Positions 1-13,462 of a stretch of 64,000 nucleotides of DNA are shown here, piece after piece (position 1 is the first letter of the stretch; each line of letters begins with the position of its first letter). This DNA is from Octopus vulgaris (lineage: Eukaryota). Location: positions 6,758,001 through 6,822,000 of the forward strand of contig OX597828.1 of the NCBI GenBank assembly GCA_951406725.2. The letters run 5' to 3'. The position numbers were made by a program, and so were the translations under genes. The notes beneath the pieces are model-generated. The model was not told the origin of the DNA, did no database searches, and saw only the letters and a program-made list of their open reading frames with translations.

Positions 1-849
1 AAATCAATCTAACTTAACTTACTTTACTCTTTCTTTGTAAAACTCTTTCTTTCTATGTCTTCAGTGGAATACCGGAGAGATTAATTGATGAGCCTTTCTT
101 TCACATCCCCCAACGATGCTGGCCTTGTATCTATATTAAAGATCAATGCATACACGCATACACATGGATACGTACATACATGCATACATATACATATACA
201 CATGCAAATATAGATACGTACATACGTATACATACACACAAACATATAAATACATACATATACATAGACACATACATACAATTGTGTGTATGTGTATATA
301 TATATATGCGCATAAACGTATATATAAGAAATCGATCCTCTGTCGGTGTCGAAGATGACTATATCACTTGCTAAACCAACAGAACTATCTTCATATTATT
401 ACAGCGGAACAAGTGTAAAATGCAATATATGAAAATGCTGGTCCTCTGAATTGTAGGTACATGATATCCGTTGGCCTTCTATATTCTTCCCAATTTCTCA
501 TATTGGGGCCAATTCAAGTCTAACAAACCTTATAATCCACCCGCCTGTGCCTGCGTGTCAATATGTGTATATGTGCGTGTGAATTTATATATACAAGGTG
601 ACTCACATAATTTCACTAGAGTGAAGATATTTGCCCTCATGTTTAGATCGCTAAGATCACAATGGCACACTTTCGGGAGCAGGAATAGTACAGAAAATCT
701 GGCTACATTATGCAATTCTGTAACGTAAAATATATTTTCCCATAAATCCCACGTAACATTGACGTTAACTAATTCATGTTAGAGAATTCCTAGTTACGTT
801 AAGATCTTCATGAACGCAACACAAGTATAATGAAAGAGTTATTTACTAT

Positions 850-1290
850 TGAAATATTTAAATGTTTTTCTATACTTATGGGAATATTTCAGCACAAGAC
901 TGGTTCTACAATATAATAATTTTAATTGTGGAGTTATTACATAATACATTTCCTATAGGCAAAGATCACATTTAAAATTAATAGTATTATACGATGGAAT
1001 GTAACTAATAATTTATACTGTATTTAATGTTCGTGTCTTTCAAATACCGAATGTATTTATTAAGATTTGTAGAATTAGATTTCTTCCTAAAGTTAAATGA
1101 AGAAGAATGGTTATGTAATCTAGATTTCGAAGCTGTTGCAGAAGAACCTACAATAACTATACATAGATATTCTTCTTTAAACATTGATTTTCTAAAGAAC
1201 ACGTAAGTCTGTTCTGAAATTATAAAGGAGTTTATTCACTCGTAACTAGCACTCGTGGTTAAAGAAATTAATACTGATTCTACTCTAAGA
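850..1290 (-). mobile_element. Penelope-like element (Neptune-type) GIY-YIG endonuclease C-terminal relic
   Basis: Minus-strand translation gives VGSSATASKSRLHNHSSSF..KKSNSTNLNKYIRYLKDTNIKYSI, then PSYNTINFKCDLCL*EMYY..SHKY. This follows the Penelope pattern YIG.T..FK.R..NH..SF..NST.LSKYIW.LK..CxLCL.EK..CRH. Stops and frameshifts present. Confidence 0.75.
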
Positions 1291-1559
1291 ACCAGTTGTT
1301 AAAATAGGATTGTTAGCAATGTCATAATCAATATTATTCCTATGTGTTAAAGATGCTCTGGATTTCACTGATAGAATTAAATTCATGTAAAGTATCAAAA
1401 ACAGGGTGAGTTAGTTCAACTGAACTAGGATTAAAATTATTAACTATGTTACATTCGAGGCAAGGTTACTACTATTTATATTATCATCATTAGTACGATT
1501 ACTATTTTCACTTTTGCTATTATTATTAGTGTTATCATCATCACAATTACAATTATTAT

Positions 1560-1586
1560 TATCCTACTACTACTACTACAACAACA

Positions 1587-1636
<50 letters not shown>

Positions 1637-1637
1637 A

Positions 1638-1700
<63 letters not shown>
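1560..1700. repeat. (CTA)n/(TTA)n microsatellite
   Basis: Visible trinucleotide tracts. Confidence 0.95.
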
Positions 1701-1910
1701 GCGGCGAGCTGGCAGAATTGTTAGCGCACTGGGCGAAATGCTTAGCAGTATTTTATCTGCCGCAACCTTCTGAGTTCAAATTCCGCCGAGTTCGACTTTG
1801 CCTACTTTCTTTGGGATCCGATAAATTATGTAGCAGTTGAACATTGGGGTCGATGTAATCGACACATCCTCTACCCCAAAATGGCTGCCCTTGTGGCAAA
1901 TTTGAAACAA
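1701..1910 (+). mobile_element. tRNA-derived SINE, family A
   Basis: Head gcggcgagctggcagaa with B-box gagttcaaattcc and core GTCGACTTTGCC..GGGGTCGAT; many homologous copies in the window. Confidence 0.85.
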
Positions 1911-1961
1911 TTATTATTATTATTATTATTATTAGTAGTAGTAGTAGTAGTAGTAGTAGTT

Positions 1962-2001
<40 letters not shown>

Positions 2002-2002
2002 T

Positions 2003-2456
2003 ACATGTTTGACTTTTGCTTTGTATTTGTACGAGTTGACTCCAGGTCTCACCCAGAGACCTCAAGGGACAAGTTAGAAGTTCATGTTGGTGTTATGCCT
2101 AGGGTGCCATATATATTTCGTTTTGCACATAGTATTCTTCTAGAGAATGCTTAAGAAAACAAGGAAATTATGAGTTTGTTTTAAAATTTGAGATTACATA
2201 TGCAGTATATTACGTAGGATATGTGCAGTTCCCATGAGTCCTATCTTTTGAATCTCTGCCATTTTGGAGTTTCCTAGTATCTGACCTACGTAGCAGTCAG
2301 CACCTTTTGCTATCATTCCTAGGGCACCTATGGCAACAGGTATTGTTTTAGTCTTCAGGTTCCACTTTTTGCCAATTTCTATTTCAAGATATTTATACTT
2401 GCCCAGTTTTTGGTTTTGTCACATACATTTTTATCGATTGGGATAGTCATATCAAT
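2003..2456 (-). mobile_element. R4/Dong-type non-LTR retrotransposon 3' fragment (RLE endonuclease)
   Basis: IDMTIPIDKN..KLGKYKYLEIEIGKKWNLKTKTIPVAIGALGMI..IQKIGLMGTAHILR, homologous to the ORF at 54753-55106; flanked by TAG and TTA repeats. Confidence 0.85.
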
Positions 2457-2469
2457 TATTATTATTATT

Positions 2470-2502
<33 letters not shown>

Positions 2503-2515
2503 ATTGTTGTTGTTG

Positions 2516-2577
<62 letters not shown>

Positions 2578-2725
2578 GAGTGAGAGAGCAGTGCATGCCT
2601 TCAAAGTGACACTGGGGTAAAATATACAAAGCCCAGTATACTCATCATGACTACCCGTCTGATAAGGGTACACTATGCACATGCATCACAACCATATGTG
2701 CGCGACATGGTGATCTCATATCAAT
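2578..2725. mobile_element. Short interspersed repeat next to (TTA)n, possibly the 3' UTR of a TAA-targeting retroelement
   Basis: Non-repetitive 150-bp block abutting a long TTA/TTG tract; the assignment is an inference. Confidence 0.3.
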
Positions 2726-3410
2726 AATATTAATACTCTAACTTTTTAGTTTTGTACGTACATGTGGTGTGCGTCACACTTACTTCAAAGAAGTGGCAAA
2801 GAGAGAGAGGAGGAGGACAGAGTAGTAGTAAAAGAGAGAGAGTGTGTGAGAGAGAGAAAGGGAGAGGGAGAAAGAAAGTAAGAGAGAAAGACAGAGAAAG
2901 TGAAAGAGACAGTGAGTGGTGACAGCATTCGTTTTGTGTTTTGAAATGTTTCAGGGAGGACATAAGAGGAAAAGAAAGAGGGTGAGGGAGAGAGTGAGGA
3001 AAAGAAAGTGAGTGAGGGAGAGAGAAAGTGAAAGAGAAAGCGAAAGAGTGAAAGAGACAGTGAGTGGTGGCGGGGTTTCTTTTGTGTTTTTAAATGTTTA
3101 TAGCATCGCAAGAGAGGTAGATACATAGATACATATACACATTGTTGAATTAAAAGCGGGAGAGAAGGGACACAAAGGAGGTATAAGAGAAAGAGAAAAC
3201 TGAGCGAGACAGTAGATACGTAAATCCATCATACATAGGTACATCAACACAGCAAATATTGGATGTCAGTTTCACTTTTCATTACCACACGAGGATAAAA
3301 TTAACTCAAAAATAGCTGAATACTCTACAGGGAGATTCGGCTCACACAGTATATGACAAGGCTGATCTCTATGAATTACAGCTACAACTCGAGACATATA
3401 TATGAATGTA

Positions 3411-3448
<38 letters not shown>

Positions 3449-3733
3449 GTTTAGGTTACTTAAAACATGTTTGCAATAATAAATGTCGCGTGGTGGAAAT
3501 AAACGCATTTACCAAACTTTCATTCATAAATCAATTTATTATTTCGTTCTTTTGCATTTCAATCTCTACATTAAGATTCTTTGAATATGTACGATGTATT
3601 TTAAGGTGAAATTGTAATTCCGTTTACGTTTGTGTAACAGATATTTTGGTTAGATTATATTGCCATTCGCGTTACATTACTTTCTATATTCTGTAACTGT
3701 CACAATATACTTTTCTAGACCTGAATGTTTTAT

Positions 3734-3860
3734 GGGGAGGGTGACAGTTGATTAGATAGACCCCAGTACACAACTGATACTTAATTTATCAACCCCCAAA
3801 GGACGAAAGGCAAAGTCGATCTCGGCAGAATTTGAACTCAGAACATAAAGACAGACGGTC
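3734..3860 (-). mobile_element. SINE family A, partial
   Basis: gaaaggcaaagtcgatctcggcagaatttgaactcagaac matches the family A reverse complement. Confidence 0.8.
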
Positions 3861-4317
3861 ATAATATACAAACATTTCTCGTGGCACTAGTACACTGTTT
3901 ACAGATGCTTACATTTTTAAAGTTTTCCGTGCATTTTTCACGGGTTCAGCTACTTATTATTATAATTAAGTCTGACACCTAATAGAGCTTATCTTATAAT
4001 TGACTCTATCGGTCCTACACGTGTTTATCAATTTTGAGTTAAGATATTGTCTCATTTTACTTTTGTAATGTGCTGGCACAATAGGAATAGTCTTTGATTC
4101 TATACAGTGCAATCAACAAATAAAGATGTGATATTCTCTATTCTTGCTATATACTCCCGATTTCTCGAAATTCTTCTGAGCAATATTTAGATTTATTTCT
4201 GGGGGAATTACATGGATACTAATTCTGTTCGAATTTATTCGTATCTGATTGTTTGATGCAGTTAATCATGTTGGCTTAACTACTGGGTGCTCTGTAGGTA
4301 ACAATCTGAATTTATTA

Positions 4318-4402
<85 letters not shown>

Positions 4403-4468
4403 CATATATATATACATACACATATACATATATGCACATATTTACATGCGTAAATATATACGTGTATT

Positions 4469-4556
<88 letters not shown>

Positions 4557-4689
4557 CGTAAATGTCTAACAATAAAATAAGTGCACAATATCGCATTCGT
4601 GGATATATAATTTCTTTATTTGTGAATTAAAGCTATCATTCGTTTCTTGTTAACAAAATTTAGGAAAATATCCTAGTGTTTTAACAATT

Positions 4690-4985
4690 TCTCAAGCCGA
4701 TCACTTGGAGAAAGTTGTTCGCCTCCACTTTGGAAAACAGTCTCTCTATCAAATATGATATGGACAAGGAAAGAAGGTGGAATAAGCAACGCCCAGAGAG
4801 AATGGAAAATTAAAATTAAAACCAAAAACTACAGTGGACGTGGTCCTAAATATAAACTCTGCATTACTGAAAAATTAAGCATTATGCAATCAACAGATAA
4901 TATCTTAAAAAGTGGAGATGAAACCCTCTTTCCCTGCATAAGCAAGCAATATTTTACACTCAAATATTTCCAAGATCTCTTATAA
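4690..4985 (+). mobile_element. Penelope-like element GIY-YIG C-terminal relic
   Basis: KTVSLSNMIWTRKEGG..WKIKIKTKNYSGRGPKYKLCITEKLSIM..ILKSGDETLFPCISKQYFTL follows the Penelope terminus LSKYIW..W.I..Y..C.LC..EK..I..LN.R.E...C.H..F.L. Confidence 0.7.
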
Positions 4986-5135
4986 ACGAGAGTAAATGTA
5001 CCAGGATAGCCTCTTTACTAAACATGAACACACATAGCACACGAAATTCACACAAAGAAGGAATATGCCCCAAAGAGGACCAACCCTTAACACACAAGTA
5101 CAAGTACACCATGTCCAGAACAAAAACAAAATAAG

Positions 5136-5550
5136 TATTTCTTTATTGCCAACAGGGGGCTAAATATAGAGGTAACAAACAATGATAGACAAACGGATTA
5201 AGTCGGTTACATCGACGCCATTGTATAACTGGTACTTAAGTTATCGGTCTCAAAAGGATGAAAGGCAAATCGACCTCGGCAGAGTTTGAACTCAGAACGC
5301 AACGGCAGTCGAAATACCTATTTCTTTACCACTCACGAGGGGCCAAACACAGAGAGGACAATCAAGGACAGACACACGGATCAAGTCGATTATATCGACC
5401 CCAGTGCGTAACTGGTACTTAATTTATCAACCCCAGAAGGATGAAAGGCAAAGTCGACCTCGGCGGAATTTGAACTCAGAACATAACGGCAGTCGAAATA
5501 CTGCTAAGCATTTCGCCCGACGTGCTAACGTTTCTGCCAGCTCGCCACCC
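5136..5550 (-). mobile_element. SINE family A, tandem/nested dimer
   Basis: Two units joined at 5318/5319; one complete head ending at about 5550. Confidence 0.9.
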
Positions 5551-6378
5551 TAACAGAAACAAAATAATACAAACAAATTAATCTCAAAAAAGTACCCAAA
5601 AGACAAATCTAAGGAAGAAAAACATTCAAAAGACGCCAGTCAAAAGTAACGTTCCTTGATTCATTGATTCGTTGTTTCATTTCCGTGAATTTACGAGAAA
5701 TCTTGTGAACGAAGCTAGACTGTTTCCCAAAATGGATGCGAATACCTTTATCTTTTTGATCGGCTTGAAAAATTGTTAAGACACTAGGATGTTCACCTAC
5801 TTTTCTTAACATGAAACTAATGGTAGCCTTAATTCACAAAATAAGAATATATACATAAGAATTAAGATATAAATGCAAATTAGGCAATCATACTCATACA
5901 TTTATAAACTCGACTTAAAATGCGTATACATATATTAATACGTATCGACACATCTGTCTATTTAAAAAAAATATTCATAAAATATAACATATATATATAT
6001 AAATATACATAAAAACAGATGTAAATAAAATCCACGTGGGATACGTATGGAAAGAAGTGTGAGAATAACAGGACTGATAAAAAGAGAACTGATTTTTTTT
6101 TTTTTTGTATTGAAGTTAAAAGCGGTTAAGAGTTTCGATTAAAAGATCCATAGAGTTCGGTGTGTTTTTTTATATATAAATGCTATATAAGGTACATAAT
6201 ACAGTTCGAGGAGGTTCACTTTCAAGGACCGTTTCAAGGGCCGATGTCCTGGTAGAAAAATTAATTAATCTTACGAACTAGGTTTTCATCAGGAAAGGTA
6301 TCCTCATAAAACTACATTCTTGTAATTATATATATATATATAACAGATAGCGAGAGAGAGAGAAATACTCATACATAC

Positions 6379-6486
<108 letters not shown>

Positions 6487-6554
6487 ACATGCATACATAT
6501 ATACACACATATATATATAAATACACACGTACACACATATATATCTCTTTATTC

Positions 6555-6946
6555 CTTACTCTTTTATTTGTTTCAGTCATTTGACTGCGGCCATGCTGCA
6601 GCCTTTAGTCGAGCAAATCGACCCCAGGACTTATTCTTTGTAAGCCTAGTACTTATTCTATCAGTCTTTTTTGCCAAACCGTTAAGTTACGGGGACGTAA
6701 ACACACCACCATCGGTTGTCAAGCGATGTTGGGGGGGGGACAAACAAAGACACACAAACATATATATACATATACATATATACGACAGGCTTCTTTCAGT
6801 TTCCGTCTACCAAATCCACTCAAAAGGCTTTGGTCGGCTCGAGGCTATAGTAGAAGACACTCACCCAAGGTGTCACGCAGTGGGACTGAACCTGGAACCA
6901 TGTGGTTGGTAAGCAAGCTACTTACCACACAACCACTCCTGCGCCT
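6555..6946 (-). mobile_element. tRNA-derived SINE, family B
   Basis: Reverse complement of ggcgcaggagtgg..ggttcagtccc..accttgggtgagtgtctt..cagcatggccgcagtcaaatgactgaaac; homologous to 41697 and 59957. Confidence 0.9.
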
Positions 6947-7789
6947 ATATATATGTTCCTAATTGAAGGCCACGTTTTTACACCTAGCTAATTGAAATTT
7001 TTAATGGTGACATATCTTCCAAAGTGGTTATATATTTTTTAAGGTATTTTATAAAATGTCTTTCTTTTAGTTTCTGAGAGAAGAAGAACTAACAATATTA
7101 TATGCCTCCAATCACTGCAATGCATTATTGTAAAATATTGCTGAATAGAAAAATGATTTATTGAAAGCACTTGTATAGATTTATACGGTGTTTTGAAAAA
7201 AATAAGATATTTTCCCTTAAAATATAGGAATAAAGTATTTTACTTGTATGTTTATTTTTGAGCATCTTCATAAATCTTAACTTGAACCATTTCCTGAATT
7301 GCATAGTTACAATGGATTCTAAGTGAATGAATAACTCTGGAATAAGTGAATATTATTAGCAGCTTTTCAAAGCAGTTCATGCTAGATCTAGAGAATTCGA
7401 GTGATAATTAATTCAGATAAGAATACACACGAGCATAGCTGACTACGTATTTTTCTCAGTACTTCGATGGGATATTTTTAACTGGCTGACTGAAATACAT
7501 ATCTTGAATACCTACAACGTCTTAGATGCAAAGCAGACTTAAATGCTTTCATAGGGGATTCGGGGATTAATTTAAATCTTTTTTTCTGTCTACTTTTTTC
7601 AGGAAGTGCATGATTTTTTGGTGAACTGTCAACGGTGTTGGAGATCCTAAAGATTTAAGTTGTATTTGACAAAAAGTTAGCTGACATGCAGGACTGGAAA
7701 CAGTCTGACTATTGGAAAAGAGTTTCCTGTATCGGGATGATTCGCGCCGGGAATCCAAATGCCGATTTTATGAGAGCCAGTCAATGCTC

Positions 7790-8421
7790 TGCGGACATTG
7801 TAAAGGCTGTATGACGTGACATAAACATCATAAAAGCCAGGTTCCCTCAAACTGTAATGGTTTTTTTAGAGTGCCTTTAATGAGGTCGACATGATGCCGC
7901 CCCACATCTTTGAACAGGATTTTAAGCTCAATTCAAACAGCTAAGTGAAGCTGCTGGAGACCTTAATCAATCCCTGGCTAGGGAAGGTTACTGGTGGAAG
8001 GTCATATGCGAGGCAATAGGATTCGGTTCGTTGCTGTACCTCCAGAAAGAATCAGGAATGGTTGTCGGAGCATTCCTATGATTTCACCAGCCTCAATTTC
8101 TGGCGTCTTAATTCCCTTGATTGTAATCTCATGGATTATTGTGTGTTGGTCGCAGTTAAGAAAGACTCCAATCATTCTGCATGCAATGCCAAGTCAAGTG
8201 AGTGTTCGATGATCTCCTCAGGAACACTCTGAGGAAAGCATGCACTTGGTTCCGTAGCTGTGTTCAATCCATGAAGGAAGCTAAGGGCGGCTACTCTGAG
8301 CTGACTGTTATCTCCCGGCCATAATCTAGTTGGTAGCTTTTGAACTTTTAAAATACTTTTATCTATGGATGTGTTTTCGTTTCCTTTTACGCACACTGCC
8401 AAATTTAATCCGAGCACCCTG
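7790..8421 (+). mobile_element. Decayed DD37D (maT-type) Tc1/mariner transposase 3' half with right end
   Basis: MMPPHIFEQ..KLLETLINPWL..RQ*DS..QEWLSE..FWRLNSLDCNLMDY, with 37 residues between the second and third D; ends in gagcaccctg. Confidence 0.75.
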
Positions 8422-8749
8422 TGAATGTGAAGTTGGGGCATCCATGTTGCAACGCATACGTCAGGTACTTGGTAGCATCGTCAGATGTTGACTAGAATAT
8501 GAGTGACATCCATCATAGAGTTCTTTTCTTCACTTCTTCTATTCAAATAAAATACCATTTTAAGCATAAAGGAATGCCATATTTATAACTGCTTAGTTGC
8601 CCCTTATAGGATATTTATTGTACAACAATCATGTTATGTTGGATAAGCAATATAAAATTACGATACCAACGTCGTAATAGAGATATTCAATTGAGGGATC
8701 AAAATCAGGAAATTCTGTTCTTTAATATAATGTGGCAATTGTATTTGAA

Positions 8750-9520
8750 GTTAACCATAAGATCGATTCATCACATCGAAATATCCCATCCATATATCTC
8801 ATCGATATAACATATACATATATATATGGCCGGATGTGTGTATGTATAGTTATAATATATATCACGTTGGTACAGAACTTTGATATATCACATCGATTTA
8901 GCATATCGATGTATCATAACAATACATCACAACAATTCAGCTGCACTAAACATTGTTACATAATGTCGATAGACTATTTCATTGTGTCGGTCCAAAACAA
9001 TAAAACAACTCATGAATTCCTCCTATTGATACATCACATCAAAACATCAAAACATTTGCATTGTATCGATAGATTATATTGGTACATCACAACGATGCAT
9101 CATATCGATATTTCGCATTAACAATCATAGCGATGCATTGATTATCACGTCGGTACATCTTATCGATATTTCACATCGATACTTCATATCTGTGTCTCGA
9201 TATATCACGTCGAATTGTCATATCGATACATCATATTGAATCATATCAGCACACTACATCGATAAATTATATCAATAGATCACATCGATCTACTATATCG
9301 CTATATAATATAAATGGATCACATCGATCGATCATACCAGTACATTATATCGATAAATCACATCGATGGATCAAATCGATGCATCACATCGATATATCGT
9401 GCCGATGAATCGATGTATCTCCTAAGTGCATCATATCGATACTTCACATCAATATGTTTTATCCATACATCGCAATGGTTCAATCTCTATTTGCACCATT
9501 ATTACTATCAGGATTTCGAT
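8750..9520. repeat. Degenerate ATCGAT-rich minisatellite (unit about catcacatcgata)
   Basis: Dozens of atcgat/catatcga/cacatcga motifs. Confidence 0.75.
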
Positions 9521-10994
9521 TATGGAATGTGATGTGCGATACCATTGCCACGCTAGTATCGCTATTATTCGTCAGTCATCAGTAGAAGAGTCATAATCGT
9601 CACCATCATCATCTTAATTCGCACATGTATCATTAGTCACCAATGCTATCATCACAGTCGTTATCATCACATCCCACTCTATCATTAACAACCTTTCTGA
9701 CCAGCAAACTGCACAGTCTCTACGTGATCTACAGTCCATCCAGAAATAGCAGACAAGATCTTTCCCAGCTTTTATCGCTCTTCGTTTATATAATCACAAG
9801 CGTTTTCTGTGCCTAGAGAATTCCTCATGGTCTCAGCTAGAATGGCTAAGACCACCAGCCTTTTTAATTAAGGCTGATTTGCAGCTAAACAACAATCCTT
9901 ATGACCAATAATTAAGAAGGAAGCTTTCACACCGATAAGTTAGGGAGCAGGAGTGCAGGTAGTACAACTACAACCCCTAATTTTTTTTTCGTGATGGTGC
10001 AAAGAAAACGGTCTGAATATCCTCATGAAAAACTGGGTTTCTACGCCTTAAGCAAATTTCGTTCCCGCAGCTATGTATGTCCCCACTGTCGTTGGATATG
10101 CTAAAAGTAGCAGAGTATCACTGTCGATCTTTAAAAACAGAAATGGCACATAGTATGACGGACCTTCCCTTTGATTTCAACTACCTACTCATTAAATAAA
10201 CGTGTACGGCTTGAGTATCTCGCAGGCATGTGTATCGTTAGCCTGACATTATATGTGACTAACTTGGATCCTTGTATTACAGCTAGACGCCATTGCCAGG
10301 CTTACAAACAGTTTTCATCCCAACGCCAGTGTTGACGGTAAAAGTGGACAACCTACTTCTAAATACACAATGTCTGAATAAGAGACCGTCTTTGCAATTG
10401 GCTGGACTGTTTTTGAGCATAGAGCTCCTCGATCAACAGTAAGGATTATCATCAAAGTCACTATCACCAAATCACTGCATTACTATATTCACTACGTCTG
10501 TTACTATTATCGTCACTATCACCATTATCACTGTATATATAATAAGCAGACAAGGCTAATTCTTTCACTGTTTGAGCCTGGAAGACAGGACATGGCTACT
10601 GAAAACTCTCCAAGATTGCTAAGATTCATGTATTAAGGATCTGCTTGAAATGTTTGTGCGAAAGGCATGAATAGGAAGAGGAATTCAGAAAGTCGACATT
10701 CTAAAGCAGAAAGACCTGATATAATAATTAGTGTGAGGCCTAAAGGGATTTGACGGAGAGAGAGTTGAAATAAGGAGGGATGAATCAGAAGTCTTTAAAT
10801 GTAGGTGGCGCGATCCCAGCAACTTCGTATATAAGTAGAAGTCATTGTGGCAACAGAAGAAAGATGTGATAGCGTACCTGTGGGCCTGTCTAGATCCTGG
10901 CTGGAATGTTTGATTATAAGTCTGCTTAATCAGATGCGATTCAAGGATAAGCAGCAACACATTATTACATCTAATATTACCATCGCCATAAAGT

Positions 10995-11605
10995 GCGGCG
11001 AGCTGCAGCAGCGCTGGATTAACCATTAAGCAAAATGAGCACGTGCTTAGGGCATCAAGGGAAGGCGGGGGCACCACAGAAATGTAAATGGTTTACGGCA
11101 CAAAAGAATCACATTAAACTTGCTAAAGTAATATTCAGGATGCCTTTATCTCTGCTAAGTATAGATGCAGGTGTGGTACCTAAGATTAATTTTGAGGATC
11201 TGATCAAAGACTTTGCAATTCAAAAAAGTAGGAGGAAACTTTTCAAATATAAATAAAGTGGAAGTATACCAAAGAAAACATTATTTTCCTTCTTACTGTT
11301 TTGTTTTGTTTTGAAAAAATAAAAATTAATTTTATGGTTTGTTATTGTTCATATTTTGAATTATATAATCTTTTATGGGAGCACCAAAATGTTTTAAGTG
11401 CTTAGGGTCTCGATGGATCTTAATCCGGCCCAGGTTGCCAGAATCATTAACCTCGCCGGGCAAAATGTTTTGCGACGTTTTGTCTGTCTTTACGTTGTGA
11501 GTTCAAATTCCGCCCGAGGTCGACTTTGCCCTTCATCTTTTCGTGGTTTATAATCGACTTACTCCACCGCTAAACATTACTGTCTCTGTGACAAAATTTG
11601 AATTT
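10995..11605 (+). mobile_element. SINE family A interrupted by a hAT element
   Basis: Head gcggcgagctg precedes the hAT; the SINE resumes at 11434 (ccagaatcatt..gagttcaaattcc..gtcgactttgcc). Confidence 0.75.
11009..11433 (+). mobile_element. Non-autonomous hAT transposon with transposase C-terminal relic
   Basis: TIRs cagcgctggattaa / ttaatccggcccag; internal LSLLSID..KINFEDLIKDFAIQKSRRKLF resembles the hAT dimerisation tail; degenerate 8-bp TSD. Confidence 0.8.
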
Positions 11606-11779
11606 AATATTACTATCACCACTGGTACCATTACAAGCAGTTCCAATTACAATAAATTTGACCGCAGAAATAACATCTGTAAGAACCATATTACCATAAA
11701 TCTACAACCAGGAAGTCTGTCCGAGGTCGTTTGACTCGCTAAAAGTAGCAGCCATACCGTCTTCTAATCTAATCCCACT

Positions 11780-12178
11780 CTTTTCTCTTTTCAATTTTTA
11801 CTTGTTTCAGTCATTTGCCTGCGGCCATGCTGGAGCACCGCCTTTAGTCGAGCAAATCGACCCCAGGACTTATTCTTTGTAAGCCTAGTACTTATTCTAT
11901 CGGTCTCTTTTGCCAAACCGCTAAGTTACGGAGACGTAAACACACCAGCATCGGTTGTCAAGCGATGTAGGGGGGACAAACACAGGCACACAAACATATA
12001 CACACACATGCATATATATATGCATATATACGACGGGCTTCTTTGAGTTTCCGTCTACCAGATCCACTCACAAGGCTTTGGTCGGCCCGAGGCTATAGTA
12101 GGAGACACTTGCCCAATATGCCACGCAGTAGGAATGAACCCGGAACCATGTGGTTGGTAAACAAGCTACTTATCACAC
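11780..12178 (-). mobile_element. SINE family B
   Basis: Near-identical to 6555-6946. Confidence 0.9.
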
Positions 12179-12574
12179 GTATTAGAAAAGAAGACGTTGA
12201 ACTATGTAGTCCTAAATATATAAAGAAAAGGCAGGATGGTCCTGGCAGGATGGTCGTGGCAGGCAAACTTAAATGTCTACACGATGAAGATTCACCTAAA
12301 GCAAGAAGCAGTATCAATAATAGCACTAATAATATCAGCAATAGCAATAATAACGAATAACTATGATGAATCACAGAAGATGGCTCTACATAGTCCTATA
12401 CCTAGTAGAAATAGCAGTCAAATCTCCTGCGAATTACGTTCCTACCGGTTTAAAAGTGACGGGACACATTTTGCGATCTAGTACCGCATACACTGACTAA
12501 AACAAAAAAAAAAGACGTGACAAACACGACTGGGATATTTTCAATCATTAGATCTGAACTAATCAGAAGCTGAA

Positions 12575-12610
12575 CAGTAACTACTACTACTACCACCACC
12601 ACCATCACTT

Positions 12611-12662
<52 letters not shown>

Positions 12663-13153
12663 CACAATCACCACTACTACTACTATTACTACTACTACTG
12701 CTACTGCAGCTGCTACTACTACTACGACTACTACTACCACCACCATCACCACCGCTACTACTATTACTACTACTACTGCTACTGCAGCTTCTACTACTAC
12801 TACGACTACTACTACCACCACCATCACCACTACTACTACTATTACTACTACTACTGCTACTGCATCTGCAACTACTACTACGACTAGTACTACCACCACC
12901 ATCACCACTACTACTACTATTACTACTACAACTACTACTGCTGCTGCAGCTGCTGTTGTTGTTGTTGTTGCTGCTGTTGCTGCTGCTGTTGCCGCTGCTG
13001 CTGTAACTGCTGTTGCTGCTGCAACGTCAGTAGATTCGCCGACCATAACGACAACAATCAAACAGCAATGATCGACAACAACAACAACATGAACAAAACT
13101 AGAAGGGGCAGCAACAAGCACCTTTACAAGTAAAAAAAGAAAAGCCAACCACC

Positions 13154-13199
<46 letters not shown>

Positions 13200-13225
13200 C
13201 AACGACAGCAACAACAACAACAACA
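12575..13225. repeat. Compound trinucleotide array (ACT/ACC/GCT/GTT/GAC/AAC) with a higher-order unit of about 75-80 bp
   Basis: Repeated block accaccatcaccactactactactattactactactactgctactgcagct. Confidence 0.9.
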
Positions 13226-13379
13226 TCAAGACTCTCTCGACAGTCACAGACCCTTCACTCAATCTTTTAGATATCGATTGTCTTTTTTGCCCTCCTAGAA
13301 ATTCCCTAATCAGGAAAAAAATCAATCAATAAGAAGGGAATATACAGATCGCCATCCTACAATGTGAAAACACATACAC

Positions 13380-13462
<83 letters not shown>

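Noticed and set aside
620-690. Expected hammerhead downstream of the Penelope relic at 850-1290
   Set aside because: Only a gatc-ttagc-gatc hairpin remains and the core boxes are not recognisable
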